Part shown: piece by piece, positions 1-9,996 of the stretch
Numbering within the stretch: position 1 is the first letter of the stretch
Layout of the letters: every line of letters starts with the position of its first letter
IMG/VR virus record: IMGVR_UViG_3300043410_001892
Span: 248,001-312,000 of that record
Length of the DNA: 64,000 nt
Direction: 5' to 3' (one strand)
Program-made: the position numbers and the translations under genes
Notes under the pieces: model-generated
The model's input: only the letters and a program-made list of their open reading frames with translations
Told to the model about the DNA's origin: nothing
The model's database searches: none

Positions 1-212
1 ATAAAATTCTACTTCGTAAAGATCTCTCGCGTGACCTAAGTATGTACACCCAAGAGGTTTTGAAATTGCTCGTCTTTGATCAGTGTATTTTACAGTATTA
101 AATGTTAATCCTCCAACTACTGCTAACCCAACCATTACAACTGTTACTAATGCGGATTGAAATATCAGTCCGCCTAATACTCCTAAGAAAATTATTAGTA
201 TCATTGTTAAAA

Positions 213-1241
213 TCATTCTGTAACTCCTTTAGAATTGTGATAATTATATAGTTCAAATGAAGCAAGGTTTTTGCCTTTGCTTTCTGCCATTATGTCAAAG
301 TTATCTAAAAAGCTCAATGCCCAGTCATTGACTGCAACATTCCAGTAAAAGTTAGAATGAGCTCGAAGTTTTTGTTTATTTAATCCAGATTCAAGCAATA
401 GTTGAAGTTCTGGCAAAGTTTGTTTGTTATGGGTTGGTAGCACATCTTCCCTACTAATAGAATAATGCATAGTGGGGCGACGACCACGCCAGCTATCAAT
501 AACCCTTTGTACGCGCTCATCGTCCGGCTGTATGTATTCGCCTGTTTTAATAAAGTGATGGTGTATATCCAAAACCACAGGTACTCTACTAGCAAGGGTA
601 AGGCAGTCATCAAGTCCAAAAGAAATCTCCTCATTTTCTACAGTAATACAATTTTTAGCAACATCGCTTAATCTTTCGTAAGCGTCTAAGAAACCTTGTG
701 GACCACGTTTACCTGCAATATGCACATTGATTTTCATATCCTGAAATTCCTTGCCATATCCCATCCAACGTGCCATGTCTGCATGATATTCAAATTCTTC
801 AATACTGCGTTCAACTACGTCATCTCGATCAGATGCTAGTACACAAAACTGACCTGGGTGGAAACTAAGTTTAATATCATTCGTTTTTGCAATTTCGCCA
901 ACACGAGCAAACTCACGCGCAATATAAGCAATCACATCAGGTTTTTTGTAAAAGTAAGAATAGTTTTCGTGTGTGTAAACAGGAAGTATATCGCTACTAA
1001 TACGTAACATACGTAATGGTTGTGGAAGTGTAGAAACTTTGAGTACTAATTTACGAGTAGCTTCAATATTTTGTTTTATTAGTTCCCACAGTTTTTTCTC
1101 AGCATTAGCTGGGAGTTGTCTGCCAAGCCAAGCAACTGTAGTAGTGCCTGTGTTATATTTTTTACAATCGTCAGTTGATTTAATTCCGTCAACTTGATGC
1201 GGAAAATCAATAAACTTGCAAGCAAAGCCTATTCTGTACAT
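213..1241 (-). CDS. uvsE: UV damage endonuclease (UvsE/UvdE family)
   Basis: RIGFACK start, LRMLRISSDILP, SFHPGQF, ITVENEE, VLDIHHH motifs. Confidence 0.93.
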   Translation of the reverse strand: MYRIGFACKFIDFPHQVDGIKSTDDCKKYNTGTTTVAWLGRQLPANAEKKLWELIKQNIEATRKLVLKVSTLPQPLRMLRISSDILPVYTHENYSYFYKKPDVIAYIAREFARVGEIAKTNDIKLSFHPGQFCVLASDRDDVVERSIEEFEYHADMARWMGYGKEFQDMKINVHIAGKRGPQGFLDAYERLSDVAKNCITVENEEISFGLDDCLTLASRVPVVLDIHHHFIKTGEYIQPDDERVQRVIDSWRGRRPTMHYSISREDVLPTHNKQTLPELQLLLESGLNKQKLRAHSNFYWNVAVNDWALSFLDNFDIMAESKGKNLASFELYNYHNSKGVTE

Positions 1242-1294
1242 GAATACCTCGTGTTAGTAGTGAATAAAAAAGGGGTCATAAGACCCCTTATTGT

Positions 1295-1543
1295 TTAAGC
1301 AACGTTGTGTACTGGTTCACTAAATTTTAATGCAAACCATGCAAACTTTTCATCGGAATTAAATTGAACGTATTGTTCGTTGTCACCGTCAAATACAATG
1401 TGTGCATCGTATTCTGCTAATGCTTCTTGTGCAATACGTCTAACGCCGTCTTTGTCGTTGTCAAGAATATGTTGACGAACTGTTGCCATGTACCAGTTGT
1501 CGTGAAGTTTTGTATCAAATTCTAATTTATGCATAGTAAACAC
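1295..1543 (-). CDS. small hypothetical protein, F-x7-F-x-L-K-W/F C-terminal family
   Basis: 82 aa ORF between terminators; C-terminus FNSDEKFAWFALKF resembles the ORFs at 26096-27190. Confidence 0.6.
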   Translation of the reverse strand: MFTMHKLEFDTKLHDNWYMATVRQHILDNDKDGVRRIAQEALAEYDAHIVFDGDNEQYVQFNSDEKFAWFALKFSEPVHNVA

Positions 1544-1616
1544 CTCATGTAAGTAATTAAAAAAAATATATTATACAATAATAATAAAACAATTGCAAGT
1601 ACTAAGACATTCAAAA

Positions 1617-1640
1617 AGAAAGGAGCCTAAGCTCCTTTCT
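1617..1640 (-). terminator. intrinsic terminator downstream of pmoC
   Basis: AGAAAGGAGC/GCTCCTTTCT hairpin followed by a T-run on the minus strand. Confidence 0.7.
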
Positions 1641-1658
1641 GTATGTACAACTTAGATA

Positions 1659-2411
1659 CTACGCTAAGTTGGATTTAAGTAATTTTGAAATAGCTTGTAC
1701 TTCAATATTTACCACACCTAATACACCTAAAGCAGCCCATCCAAAGAATACAAACCCGTAGTGTAATGGTGCTACGAATAGTTCTTCCATGAACCAGAAA
1801 GTGTGTCCCCATTCGTTTAATCCAACGTTTGGAAGAATCATAAATGGCCCGATTACAGATACCATGTATTGTAATGGTAAGCCTTTTTGGTAGGTAGGCA
1901 AGCGTGTTTTAGCATATAAGAATGCTGCGACACCTGTGATGATGTAGATAGGATAACTTAGATAAAACTCAATAACATGACTTGGTGTAAAATCAGTATC
2001 ACGGACAATCGTTTGATGCCATGTACCATCTTGTTCTGTAAAGTATGAAGCACCGTAATAAATTGCAATACCATACATTACTAACCAAACCCAGTGTGTA
2101 AAATGTCGACGCAGTTCCTCGCGAGGTGTAATTGACATTACGTTGCGATCACGTGATTTCCAAAGATAACCCCATAATACAGAAGCGGTTAGGATTTCAA
2201 GAACCATTTCAATGTATAGGAAGTTCATCCAATATGTTTCAAACTCTGGTGCAAATGAGTCTAAACCAGCAGACCATCCATAAACACCTTCATACCAACG
2301 GACCCACCCGTAAAATACAACGTACAACGCTGCACCTGCGAGCATGTTTGTTTTGTTTAAAAGTGAAGCTTCTTTAGCTTCAGCTTTTACTGTTTCAATT
2401 GTAGCTGACAT
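1659..2411 (-). CDS. pmoC: particulate methane monooxygenase subunit C
   Basis: GWSAGLDSFAPEFETYWMN, EQDGTWHQT, DFTPSHVIEFYLSYP, GLNEWGHTFWFMEELFVAPLHYGFV; ATG at 2411 preceded by GGAGA RBS. Confidence 0.98.
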   Translation of the reverse strand: MSATIETVKAEAKEASLLNKTNMLAGAALYVVFYGWVRWYEGVYGWSAGLDSFAPEFETYWMNFLYIEMVLEILTASVLWGYLWKSRDRNVMSITPREELRRHFTHWVWLVMYGIAIYYGASYFTEQDGTWHQTIVRDTDFTPSHVIEFYLSYPIYIITGVAAFLYAKTRLPTYQKGLPLQYMVSVIGPFMILPNVGLNEWGHTFWFMEELFVAPLHYGFVFFGWAALGVLGVVNIEVQAISKLLKSNLA

Positions 2412-2579
2412 GTTGTTTCTCCTAAGCAAGGGAAAATAAAAACGAAGTGCAACACCCGTTACACTTCAACTCGAGTTAAAACTATTTATAATAAACTGAG
2501 TATTTTACTCTGTAAATATTATAAATTGTGTTACATTATACAGTAAAAAAATAATAAGTCAACAATTAATTTTACCAAT

Positions 2580-2753
2580 CTATCTTGGTGGGAAATCTTG
2601 CGGTGGAAGTGGATGTCCTTCATGTTTGTGATGTCTGGTATAATGATGTTCTAAATTACCAGGTCTAATATAATCACGGTGGACAGGCTTTGAATCGCAG
2701 CCTGTCATTAAAAATACTGCAAATAGCAAACTAACGACTAGTAACAATTTCAT
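2580..2753 (-). CDS. small His-rich lipoprotein
   Basis: MKLLLVVSLLFAVFLMTGC lipobox; start at 2753 overlaps the clpP end. Confidence 0.5.
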   Translation of the reverse strand: MKLLLVVSLLFAVFLMTGCDSKPVHRDYIRPGNLEHHYTRHHKHEGHPLPPQDFPPR

Positions 2754-3312
2754 CGACAAGCCCATACATAACACTCTCTTCAGCACTCATAAAACAATCA
2801 CGACTCATGTCTTGTTTAAGTTTTTCAAACGATTGTCCAGTGTTTTTTACATACACTTCAGTTAAATAAGTATTCAACTTTAATGTTTCTTCAAGTGCAA
2901 TTTGCATGTCAATTGCAGTACCGCGTGTACCTGAACTAACTTGATGAATCATGTGTCTTGCGCTTGGAAGAATTTTACGTTTACCTTTAGCACCTGAACT
3001 AGCAAGTAAACTGCCCATACTACATGCTTGACCCATAACAATAGTAGAAACATCTGGTTTGATAAAGTTCATTGTATCGTAAATTGCAAGTCCTGCAGTA
3101 ACTGAACCACCTGGGCTATTGATAAAGAAGTGGATATCTTCGGTACCTTGACTTTCTAAGAACAGTAACTGGGCAACAATAATACTTGAAGATTGTTCGT
3201 TAACATCTGTATCTAACATAATAATCCTATCTTTGAGCAATCGCGAATAAATGTCATAACTGCGTTCGCCTTTTGCTTCTTGTTCTACGACCATTGGGAT
3301 TAAACTTGGCAT
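2731..3312 (-). CDS. clpP: ATP-dependent Clp protease proteolytic subunit
   Basis: YDIYSRLLKDRII, INSPGGSV, GQACSMG (Ser), MIHQ (His). Confidence 0.97.
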   Translation of the reverse strand: MPSLIPMVVEQEAKGERSYDIYSRLLKDRIIMLDTDVNEQSSSIIVAQLLFLESQGTEDIHFFINSPGGSVTAGLAIYDTMNFIKPDVSTIVMGQACSMGSLLASSGAKGKRKILPSARHMIHQVSSGTRGTAIDMQIALEETLKLNTYLTEVYVKNTGQSFEKLKQDMSRDCFMSAEESVMYGLVDEIVTSR

Positions 3313-3549
3313 TGTATCTCCTTGTGTTAAGTAATAAAAGTATATTGTAAAGTAAAACTATTAAGAAGTCAAACTATTATTCATCCGGTGTTACTGGATT
3401 CTTAAGTTGTTCAATTTCAGTTTCTAACTCTGCAATTTTGGAATGAAGTTGATCAATGTGATCTGCAATGGCGTTGAAGAAGTTTGCATTATTAGTTGAA
3501 ACTTGTCTAATCATTTCAGTTATTGAAGTAGTGTTTTCCATAAAAGCTC

Positions 3550-4335
3550 CTAAATTGTAATATATTTTAATTTGAAATCATGATGCATACTTTCAAAAGG
3601 GTAACCTCTCGCGTTATTTAATAGCATGCAATCATTAACTATTGGTTCTTTTGGGTCGTGTTGATGGCCAAAGAATGCATAGTCAAAATTAGTTAGTAAA
3701 TAATCTAAATCAGAACTAAACAATCCGTTCATAACAGTTTCATGTTTGTAATGATCAGCAGTAGTTTGAAATGAGGGAGAATGATGTGTAATTAAAATGT
3801 TTTTATCATAACCACTTTTATCAATATTTTCAACCCATTTTACAAAATGTTTATGCTTTTGTAAAATATCACTAACAGTTACTCGGATCTTATTGTTATT
3901 TGTGTAAATAGCTCGATAATCATTGATAATACGAGGTGATGATAGCAAAGTTAACGGATCCTCGTTATTATAATCAGTCCAAAGAGTTCCGCCAACAAAC
4001 AGCATATTATCAATAACTAAATAATCGCCATCAAGAATGTGAAAATTGTCATATGATAGCAGTTCGTTTAGAGTAACTAACGCTTGATCAATATCCGAAC
4101 CATAATATTCATGATTTCCCATAACCATAAGAACATGCTTAAAGTTAGAAGTAACATAATCAAAGAAAGACAATACATCACGATAATGACTGTCTTTATG
4201 TAATAATGAACTTCTTTGAAGTTTTTCAACATTTAGAATATCTCCAGCTAAAATAAGTACATCTGCAGGTTCAACATTGTTTAATTTTAAGGTTTTAAAC
4301 TCAAAATGTAAATCCGATGCATAAGCAATTTTCAC
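3550..4335 (-). CDS. calcineurin-like metallophosphoesterase
   Basis: SDLHFE, AGD, GNHEYY, THH, FGHQH motifs. Confidence 0.9.
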   Translation of the reverse strand: MKIAYASDLHFEFKTLKLNNVEPADVLILAGDILNVEKLQRSSLLHKDSHYRDVLSFFDYVTSNFKHVLMVMGNHEYYGSDIDQALVTLNELLSYDNFHILDGDYLVIDNMLFVGGTLWTDYNNEDPLTLLSSPRIINDYRAIYTNNNKIRVTVSDILQKHKHFVKWVENIDKSGYDKNILITHHSPSFQTTADHYKHETVMNGLFSSDLDYLLTNFDYAFFGHQHDPKEPIVNDCMLLNNARGYPFESMHHDFKLKYITI

Positions 4336-4344
4336 TGTAGTCTC

Positions 4345-4563
4345 CTATAATCTATAAATAACTCTACCTTTATTAAGATCGTATGGACTGACTTCAATCT
4401 TAACTTTATCGCCTGCGATAACTCTAATTTTATGCCTTTTAAGTTTACCACTTGTGTAGCATACTAGTTCGTGATTTGATTGATCAATCACAATCCTAAA
4501 CATATTCCCTGGTAATACTTCATTTACTTTACCTGTAAGTTCTATTAGATCTTCTTTACTCAT
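4345..4563 (-). CDS. infA: translation initiation factor IF-1
   Basis: MSKEDLIELTGKVNEVLPGNMFR ... GDKVKIEVSPYDLNKGRVIYR. Confidence 0.96.
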   Translation of the reverse strand: MSKEDLIELTGKVNEVLPGNMFRIVIDQSNHELVCYTSGKLKRHKIRVIAGDKVKIEVSPYDLNKGRVIYRL

Positions 4564-4605
4564 ATTTCTCCATAATTATTTAGATGATTTTCATCTGTTG
4601 GGTTA

Positions 4606-4971
4606 TTAGTGAAAGCTTCCTTGGAAACAATGGCGTAATTCATGCCCTAATGTCCAATAAGTTGTGTTTAGTGGTGTTAAAATGTAACAAGTATTGTTAC
4701 GAAATGCATCTACGTCCCAAAATGAACAACCTTCAATTGGGTAGTTGTACCCATTGTATCCTCGTTTTTTACTTTCAATATTGCATTCTGCTTGAATGTC
4801 TTCAACTTGTTTCCAGGTCACCCGTGTTTTATCAGTAAAGTTTGATTTTCCATCAAATTTATCATAGGGTGATTCACTAGCATAGATGTTAGCAATTGAT
4901 AATACAAATGGAATTATAAATAAGCGTTTCATACTAGCTCCTGTAATAAGTGTTAAACTACAATTATACAA
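4606..4971 (-). CDS. secreted hypothetical protein with a HELRH (zincin-like) motif
   Basis: signal peptide from MKRLFII; LGHELRHCF near the C-terminus. Confidence 0.55.
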   Translation of the reverse strand: MYNCSLTLITGASMKRLFIIPFVLSIANIYASESPYDKFDGKSNFTDKTRVTWKQVEDIQAECNIESKKRGYNGYNYPIEGCSFWDVDAFRNNTCYILTPLNTTYWTLGHELRHCFQGSFH

Positions 4972-4987
4972 TACTTAACGATATACG

Positions 4988-5518
4988 TCAAGCAGTATTT
5001 AGTTCTTTTAATCTTGTAATCATGTCATGCAATAAAACCGGTCTAAAATCATGGTGTTCAACGCAAACATTGAGATATCTAGTATCTGGAACATCACCAT
5101 TCATAACAATATTAGTATGTAAGTGTCCATGTAGTTGTCCAGCCCATCTATTCATCTCACAAGGGTGGATTGGAATATGGCTCATTATTACATTTTGTTG
5201 AACACAATAACCTCTAATGTCTCTAAAGTACGGTGTGTATTCATTAAGTCTAAAGATATCGTGATTACCTTTAATAAGAATCATATCTTTACAGTGTAAT
5301 CGTTCAAGAGTTTTTAAAGCTCTACGATTGATTGCAACATCACCTAAGATATAAAGTTTGTCAGTAGGTTTAACAGTTTCGTTAAATCTTTTTACAAGTT
5401 CTTCATCCATTTCCTCATATGAATCCCATGGTCGTACTGGTGTACCATCTGGTCTTACAAAATTACAGATTCCAACATGTCCAAAGTGCGGATCGGACGT
5501 TACCCAAACATCTTGCAT
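4988..5518 (-). CDS. phage metallophosphoesterase
   Basis: SDPHFGH, LGD, KGNHD, SHIP, HGHLH motifs. Confidence 0.9.
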   Translation of the reverse strand: MQDVWVTSDPHFGHVGICNFVRPDGTPVRPWDSYEEMDEELVKRFNETVKPTDKLYILGDVAINRRALKTLERLHCKDMILIKGNHDIFRLNEYTPYFRDIRGYCVQQNVIMSHIPIHPCEMNRWAGQLHGHLHTNIVMNGDVPDTRYLNVCVEHHDFRPVLLHDMITRLKELNTA

Positions 5519-5527
5519 TAAGCCTCC

Positions 5528-5989
5528 TTATGCATGCCAAATTTCGCTAAAGCCTTCTTCAATAGTTGGCATTTCAAATATATTAGTCATTGAAGCAATA
5601 ACTGCATCAGAAATACTTTTACCTGGACGATTTGCTAATCGTCTTGCAAGTTCATCTGCTTCTGGTGTATTAAACACTACTGCAATCTTTTTATAACATG
5701 GAAAGATTTTTAACTTACTAGCTCGAGATTTAACAGTTAAGTTAGTTTGATCCCATATAGCATCAGATTCGGCTACATTTGCCGTAATTGCTTGTTTATT
5801 GAGCAAGTGTCCTGCGGTTTTGATGTATTCGTCAAAAACTTCGTTATATGTTTTGTTGACAGACGTTGCATAGTCTTCAATAAATTTATCTGAGCTTAAA
5901 TAAACACAACTTTTAGCCCAAGATTGATTATTAACCCATGTTGACTTACCTGATCCTGGTATTCCTACTAACATGTAGAGAGTATTCAT
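5528..5989 (-). CDS. P-loop kinase (AAA_33, polynucleotide kinase-like)
   Basis: MLVGIPGSGKSTW Walker A, WDQTNL; likely start MNTLY. Confidence 0.85.
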   Translation of the reverse strand: MNTLYMLVGIPGSGKSTWVNNQSWAKSCVYLSSDKFIEDYATSVNKTYNEVFDEYIKTAGHLLNKQAITANVAESDAIWDQTNLTVKSRASKLKIFPCYKKIAVVFNTPEADELARRLANRPGKSISDAVIASMTNIFEMPTIEEGFSEIWHA

Positions 5990-5999
5990 TTTATTTTCC

Positions 6000-6425
6000 T
6001 TATTGTTTAATAAGATGCCATGTTTCTGCTGAAAGATGGTTATCTCTTGGATTTTTGCCATGAATGAATCTAATATCCGATCCACTATTTCCTACTACAA
6101 AGTAAATTGGATCACTTAGGTTGCCTAATAATCCAGTACATGTAGTTTTATCAAAGTTAAATGGTGTGATTCCAGGAGTTTCTGAGTTAGCTGGACCAGC
6201 TGTACCAGTACCTGCATACCATTCTTTTTCTACAATCATATTTGTACCTGTTATAGTAATAGAAACTAAATGATACTCAACATAAGTGATTACAGAAACT
6301 TTATTAATGAAGCTCTGTTCGGTATATTCACCATTTCCGACATATTTACCTGATAATGATTGGGGACAAACTGCGTTAGCATTGAATGCAGATAACAGTA
6401 AAGATGCAGCAAGTAACTTTTTCAT
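6000..6425 (-). CDS. secreted hypothetical protein
   Basis: signal peptide MKKLLAASLLLSAFNANA. Confidence 0.6.
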   Translation of the reverse strand: MKKLLAASLLLSAFNANAVCPQSLSGKYVGNGEYTEQSFINKVSVITYVEYHLVSITITGTNMIVEKEWYAGTGTAGPANSETPGITPFNFDKTTCTGLLGNLSDPIYFVVGNSGSDIRFIHGKNPRDNHLSAETWHLIKQ

Positions 6426-6478
6426 GTATGCTCCTGTGTAATTAATAAATATAGTTTATTATACAGCGTAACACATAA

Positions 6479-6805
6479 TTGTCAATGAATATTTACATGA
6501 AACCTAGAGATTTTACAATCATACTTAAAAGAATACAGCAATCTGCTAAACGTCGCGGAATTGAATTTGATTTAACTACTACAGACTTAGATGATATTGG
6601 AATTCCAATTACCTGTCCTATATTAGGAATACCTTTAAAATGGCATAACGGAAAAGCTGAAGATGATTCCTATTCGATTGATAGAATAGATTCAGAGAAA
6701 GGATATGTAAAAGATAATATACAATTTATGTCTTTTAAAGCAAATCGCGCCAAAAATAACTTAACTAGCGCAGAATTAAAATTACTTAGTACATATTATA
6801 AGTAA
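6479..6805 (+). CDS. HNH-type (homing) endonuclease
   Basis: CPILG ... SIDRIDSEKGYVKDNIQFMSFKANRAK; oriented opposite to its neighbours. Confidence 0.8.
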   Translation: MSMNIYMKPRDFTIILKRIQQSAKRRGIEFDLTTTDLDDIGIPITCPILGIPLKWHNGKAEDDSYSIDRIDSEKGYVKDNIQFMSFKANRAKNNLTSAELKLLSTYYK

Positions 6806-6806
6806 T

Positions 6807-6834
6807 AAAAAAACGCGCTATAAAGCGCGTTTTT
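6807..6834. terminator. bidirectional intrinsic terminator
   Basis: AAAAAACGCGC-TATAAA-GCGCGTTTTT between convergent genes. Confidence 0.7.
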
Positions 6835-6869
6835 GTGTGGATTTCAACTATAGTTTAGTGTGTTACTAA

Positions 6870-7742
6870 CTACGCTAATTTAAGATCCGCAGTTTCTAAA
6901 ACTGAAACACCTGTAAGTTGGATTGAAAAATCAGCTGTTGTGTCACCGCTTGTGTCACCGTACAAAATGCTAGTGTCAGAATCAAACCAAACTTTATTTG
7001 CAGTTGCAGTATTAGCAATACCAGTAAACCCTAATGTAGATAAATCAATCTTATCACCTTGTGAGTGGTTAAAGTCTGTAATAACATCGCGAGTTGTATC
7101 AGTTACCCCTGAAGTAATAGCATTAAGGAAAGTAAATGTATCAGACCCTAATCCTCCAGTTAATTTATCTAAATTAACGGTGCTTGTTAAGAGATCGTTA
7201 GCTGCTGAAGTCTGTTTGCTAACGGTAACGATTCCAGCTACTTTAGATTCTGATTCAGCATAACCTGCTTTATCTGTATATGAAACAGTTAAAGATATAG
7301 TATTATACGGAGTGTTATCTTCTGGTTTGATTTTGTAAGATAACTTAGTTCCTAAAATATCACCATTTGAATTAGTCCATTTATAACTTAATGTACCTAA
7401 TCCATCTGCATCTTTTAAACTGGTTACTGCAGTAAGAGTGTTACCAACAGTTGTTAAGCCGTTAACAGACACTGATCCAGTATGTACACGATTAAAAATG
7501 TGAGTTGATGATGATGAAGTTGGAGTTCCGTCTTCGTGGACATATAAACCTGTTACTGTAATATCATTTTTAAGATCAGCTGCAGTTAAAATGTAAGATG
7601 GATTAGTAGAAATAACAGTATTACCACTTTTCCATTCATATGTAAGATTATGTACACCATTTGTATCTGCAAGTGTTCCTTGAGATACGGTTACGGTGCT
7701 ACCTGCAGTGAGTTTACCAGTGATTTTTAAAGTTCCAGCCAT
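6870..7742 (-). CDS. RTX/serralysin C-terminal (type I secretion target) domain protein with Ig-like repeats
   Basis: LTGGLGSDTFTF, RDVITDFNHSQGDKIDLS, LYGDTSGDTTADFSIQLTG. Confidence 0.8.
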   Translation of the reverse strand: MAGTLKITGKLTAGSTVTVSQGTLADTNGVHNLTYEWKSGNTVISTNPSYILTAADLKNDITVTGLYVHEDGTPTSSSSTHIFNRVHTGSVSVNGLTTVGNTLTAVTSLKDADGLGTLSYKWTNSNGDILGTKLSYKIKPEDNTPYNTISLTVSYTDKAGYAESESKVAGIVTVSKQTSAANDLLTSTVNLDKLTGGLGSDTFTFLNAITSGVTDTTRDVITDFNHSQGDKIDLSTLGFTGIANTATANKVWFDSDTSILYGDTSGDTTADFSIQLTGVSVLETADLKLA

Positions 7743-7895
7743 AATTTTCCTTATTGTTATTAAAAGTTAAAAAAAGAGTGTAGTTGTTCTTTTGTGTCAG
7801 GTACAACTACTAAACCTCGTGAGAGCAGGCCCATTCCGGTCATTTCGCTTCAGCGGACGCAGATTACTTGTATTAAGTGCCGGATCTGCGAATTC

Positions 7896-9305
7896 TTAGA
7901 ATGCGTAGCGATCATCCATAATCACTTTAAGCATGATACTTTGTGGTGTAAAGTCATCTAAATCCGCAGATAACACACCTTTTACGATACTTGGACTAAA
8001 GCCACTTACTAACGCAGTACCATTTTGATCATACTTAACAGGTACATTGCTATGTGAATTGATGTTCCAAAATACAACTTGAGGAACATTATATCCTGCT
8101 TCTTCATATTTTCTATGAATCATTTGAATTGCAGAATCATCATGTTCAACACACGAATCAAACTGCATATCAGACAGAATTAGTAAGATTCCTGGCATTT
8201 CTTCTTGTGGAACATTGCCTTTAACTGCAACATCTAAAATCTTAGTAAATGCTGCATGTAAGTTAGTGTTCATAGCCCAGTTTGCTTTAGACATCTGTTG
8301 ATATTTCTCAACTACATTACCTTGCAATGTGATCAAATCAGGTTTAGCAGTAAATGTTAAGAAAGTATCTTTAAACTTACCTTGGTTCTTATCAGCTAAG
8401 TAAATGCCTAGTGATACTGCAACATCTAAACACGTAACTGATTTGCTATTACCTGCTGAACAAGTCATAGATCCTGAAACGTCAACTAGTGGTAAAATAT
8501 TTGCATCACCTACATAGTTAGGTAACGCGTCCCATTGTGCAACAATATGTTGTTTTTCAAGCAATGATGGTGTACCCCAGCCATTTAAACCTTTAACGAT
8601 TTCGTATGGATAAATTGCCCCAGCATTTACTTTTACAGTTGGATCATCACCTTTAACTAATTTTGCAATATATTCAGCATACTTTTCGGTATGGCGAGCA
8701 AATGCTTTTTTATAGCGTGATGAAGCAACACTTGGCACATGACTAAAGTTGATATTGTCCCAATCGTTAGCACACATCTGTGTTTCTACTACTTTAGTAA
8801 GTGCTACTAAAGTTTTACGATAACGTTTTGGTGACCAACCTAAGAAATTACGAAATGCTACAGCGTTGTCACCTTTACGAGGACACCATTTAGCTGCTAG
8901 TCCATTTTGATTTTCAAGTTCTCGTTTTAAGATTGAAAATGCGTGATTGCGAACAGCTTCTGTTTTAAATACAAACAGGTCATCAAATCTTCCCAATTCT
9001 GGTACTTTATTTGCTAACGCCATTGCGCTGTCTGGATCTGAGTTTTCTAAATGTAATAATATGTCTCTAAAGAGTTTACGTTCGCCTGCGCCCCCGCGCA
9101 CATCGCGAGCCCACAAAGCAATTCGTAATGCTAGGTTGCGATCTTCAACTGCAGCTGAAACAAAGCTAGGAATAATATCTTTGCCTCTTGAAGCACCAAT
9201 TTTAAAAAATAAATCAACTAATGGATTAGAAGTTGACTTACGTGCTTTCATACCATTTTCTGTTCTTGCTTCTTGATTTGCTACTGCTTCTACAAATGTT
9301 GTCAT
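7896..9305 (-). CDS. DUF2828-family helical repeat + vWA protein (TROVE/Ro60-like architecture)
   Basis: RTENG, RDVRGGAGER, AAKWCPR, VDVSGSM (MIDAS), LILSDMQFD, VVFWN, LVSGFSP. Confidence 0.85.
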   Translation of the reverse strand: MTTFVEAVANQEARTENGMKARKSTSNPLVDLFFKIGASRGKDIIPSFVSAAVEDRNLALRIALWARDVRGGAGERKLFRDILLHLENSDPDSAMALANKVPELGRFDDLFVFKTEAVRNHAFSILKRELENQNGLAAKWCPRKGDNAVAFRNFLGWSPKRYRKTLVALTKVVETQMCANDWDNINFSHVPSVASSRYKKAFARHTEKYAEYIAKLVKGDDPTVKVNAGAIYPYEIVKGLNGWGTPSLLEKQHIVAQWDALPNYVGDANILPLVDVSGSMTCSAGNSKSVTCLDVAVSLGIYLADKNQGKFKDTFLTFTAKPDLITLQGNVVEKYQQMSKANWAMNTNLHAAFTKILDVAVKGNVPQEEMPGILLILSDMQFDSCVEHDDSAIQMIHRKYEEAGYNVPQVVFWNINSHSNVPVKYDQNGTALVSGFSPSIVKGVLSADLDDFTPQSIMLKVIMDDRYAF

Positions 9306-9316
9306 AATATTCTCCT

Positions 9317-9350
9317 CAGTTTATGTTAAATGTTGTGCTGTTAATAAACT
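9317..9350 (-). promoter_or_regulatory. minimal Y-like stem (copy 1) overlapping the SD of the DUF2828 gene
   Basis: AGTTTAT-TA-ACAGCA...ATAAACT-G, where the G starts GAGGAG. Confidence 0.75.
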
Positions 9351-9362
9351 TAACTGTTGCAT

Positions 9363-9390
9363 ATTATACACTAATAATAGTGTATGTCAA
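9363..9390 (-). promoter_or_regulatory. sigma70-type promoter for the DUF2828 gene
   Basis: TTGACA-16 bp-TATAAT with TG extension. Confidence 0.75.
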
Positions 9391-9844
9391 GAAATATTTT
9401 AGAATAAAAAACCGCCTAAGCGGTTTTTAAATTAGTAAATTTTGGAACACCTTTACTTTCAGATACATACGTGTATCCTTCTAGTTCAGTTTCTAAGTCA
9501 GTTTCTAACTCAACTAATGTGCAAGTTTTGACTTGTATATGTATTTGTTGGTTACCTTCATCAGACAAACCATCATTTGATTCTACTAAATAATAAAGCG
9601 TAGTGGCTGGAGTGTCCAGTTGTGCTTTAAAATACTCTTTTATGTTAGTCATTGTCTTCTTCAAAACTAAATTGCCAATCCTCAGGCATGTTATTTCCAA
9701 TGCGATTAGCTTCTTCTACTGTAATTTCTCCCCTGCATAATCTTTGATGTGTAACATTAAAGATTTCTACAAGATTAGTTGGATCAAGTGTAAAAAACTC
9801 ATTATCAGACATGTTGTACCTCTTTAAATTGTAAGTGGAAATTG

Positions 9845-9987
9845 CAGGATAGTTTGGGCTTATTTTGTTTATTATTCTGGTCAAGTAACGCCCCTTGACC
9901 CTATCCTGTACAGGGATTTTGCGTCCTATGTACAAGCTCCATTATGAGCAGCAAATGCTGCGAGCTATGGTTTGCTGAACCTATCCT
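9845..9987 (-). ncRNA. Y-like RNA copy 2 (long, multi-hairpin insert)
   Basis: AGGATAG-GT-TCAGCAAA...CTATCCT-G. Confidence 0.65.
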
Positions 9988-9996
9988 AAAAAATTG

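Noticed and set aside
9645-9935. 96-aa ORF as listed
   Set aside because: The N-terminal part overlaps Y-like copy 2; the plausible gene starts at 9812 (MSDNEFF) after an AGAGG RBS.
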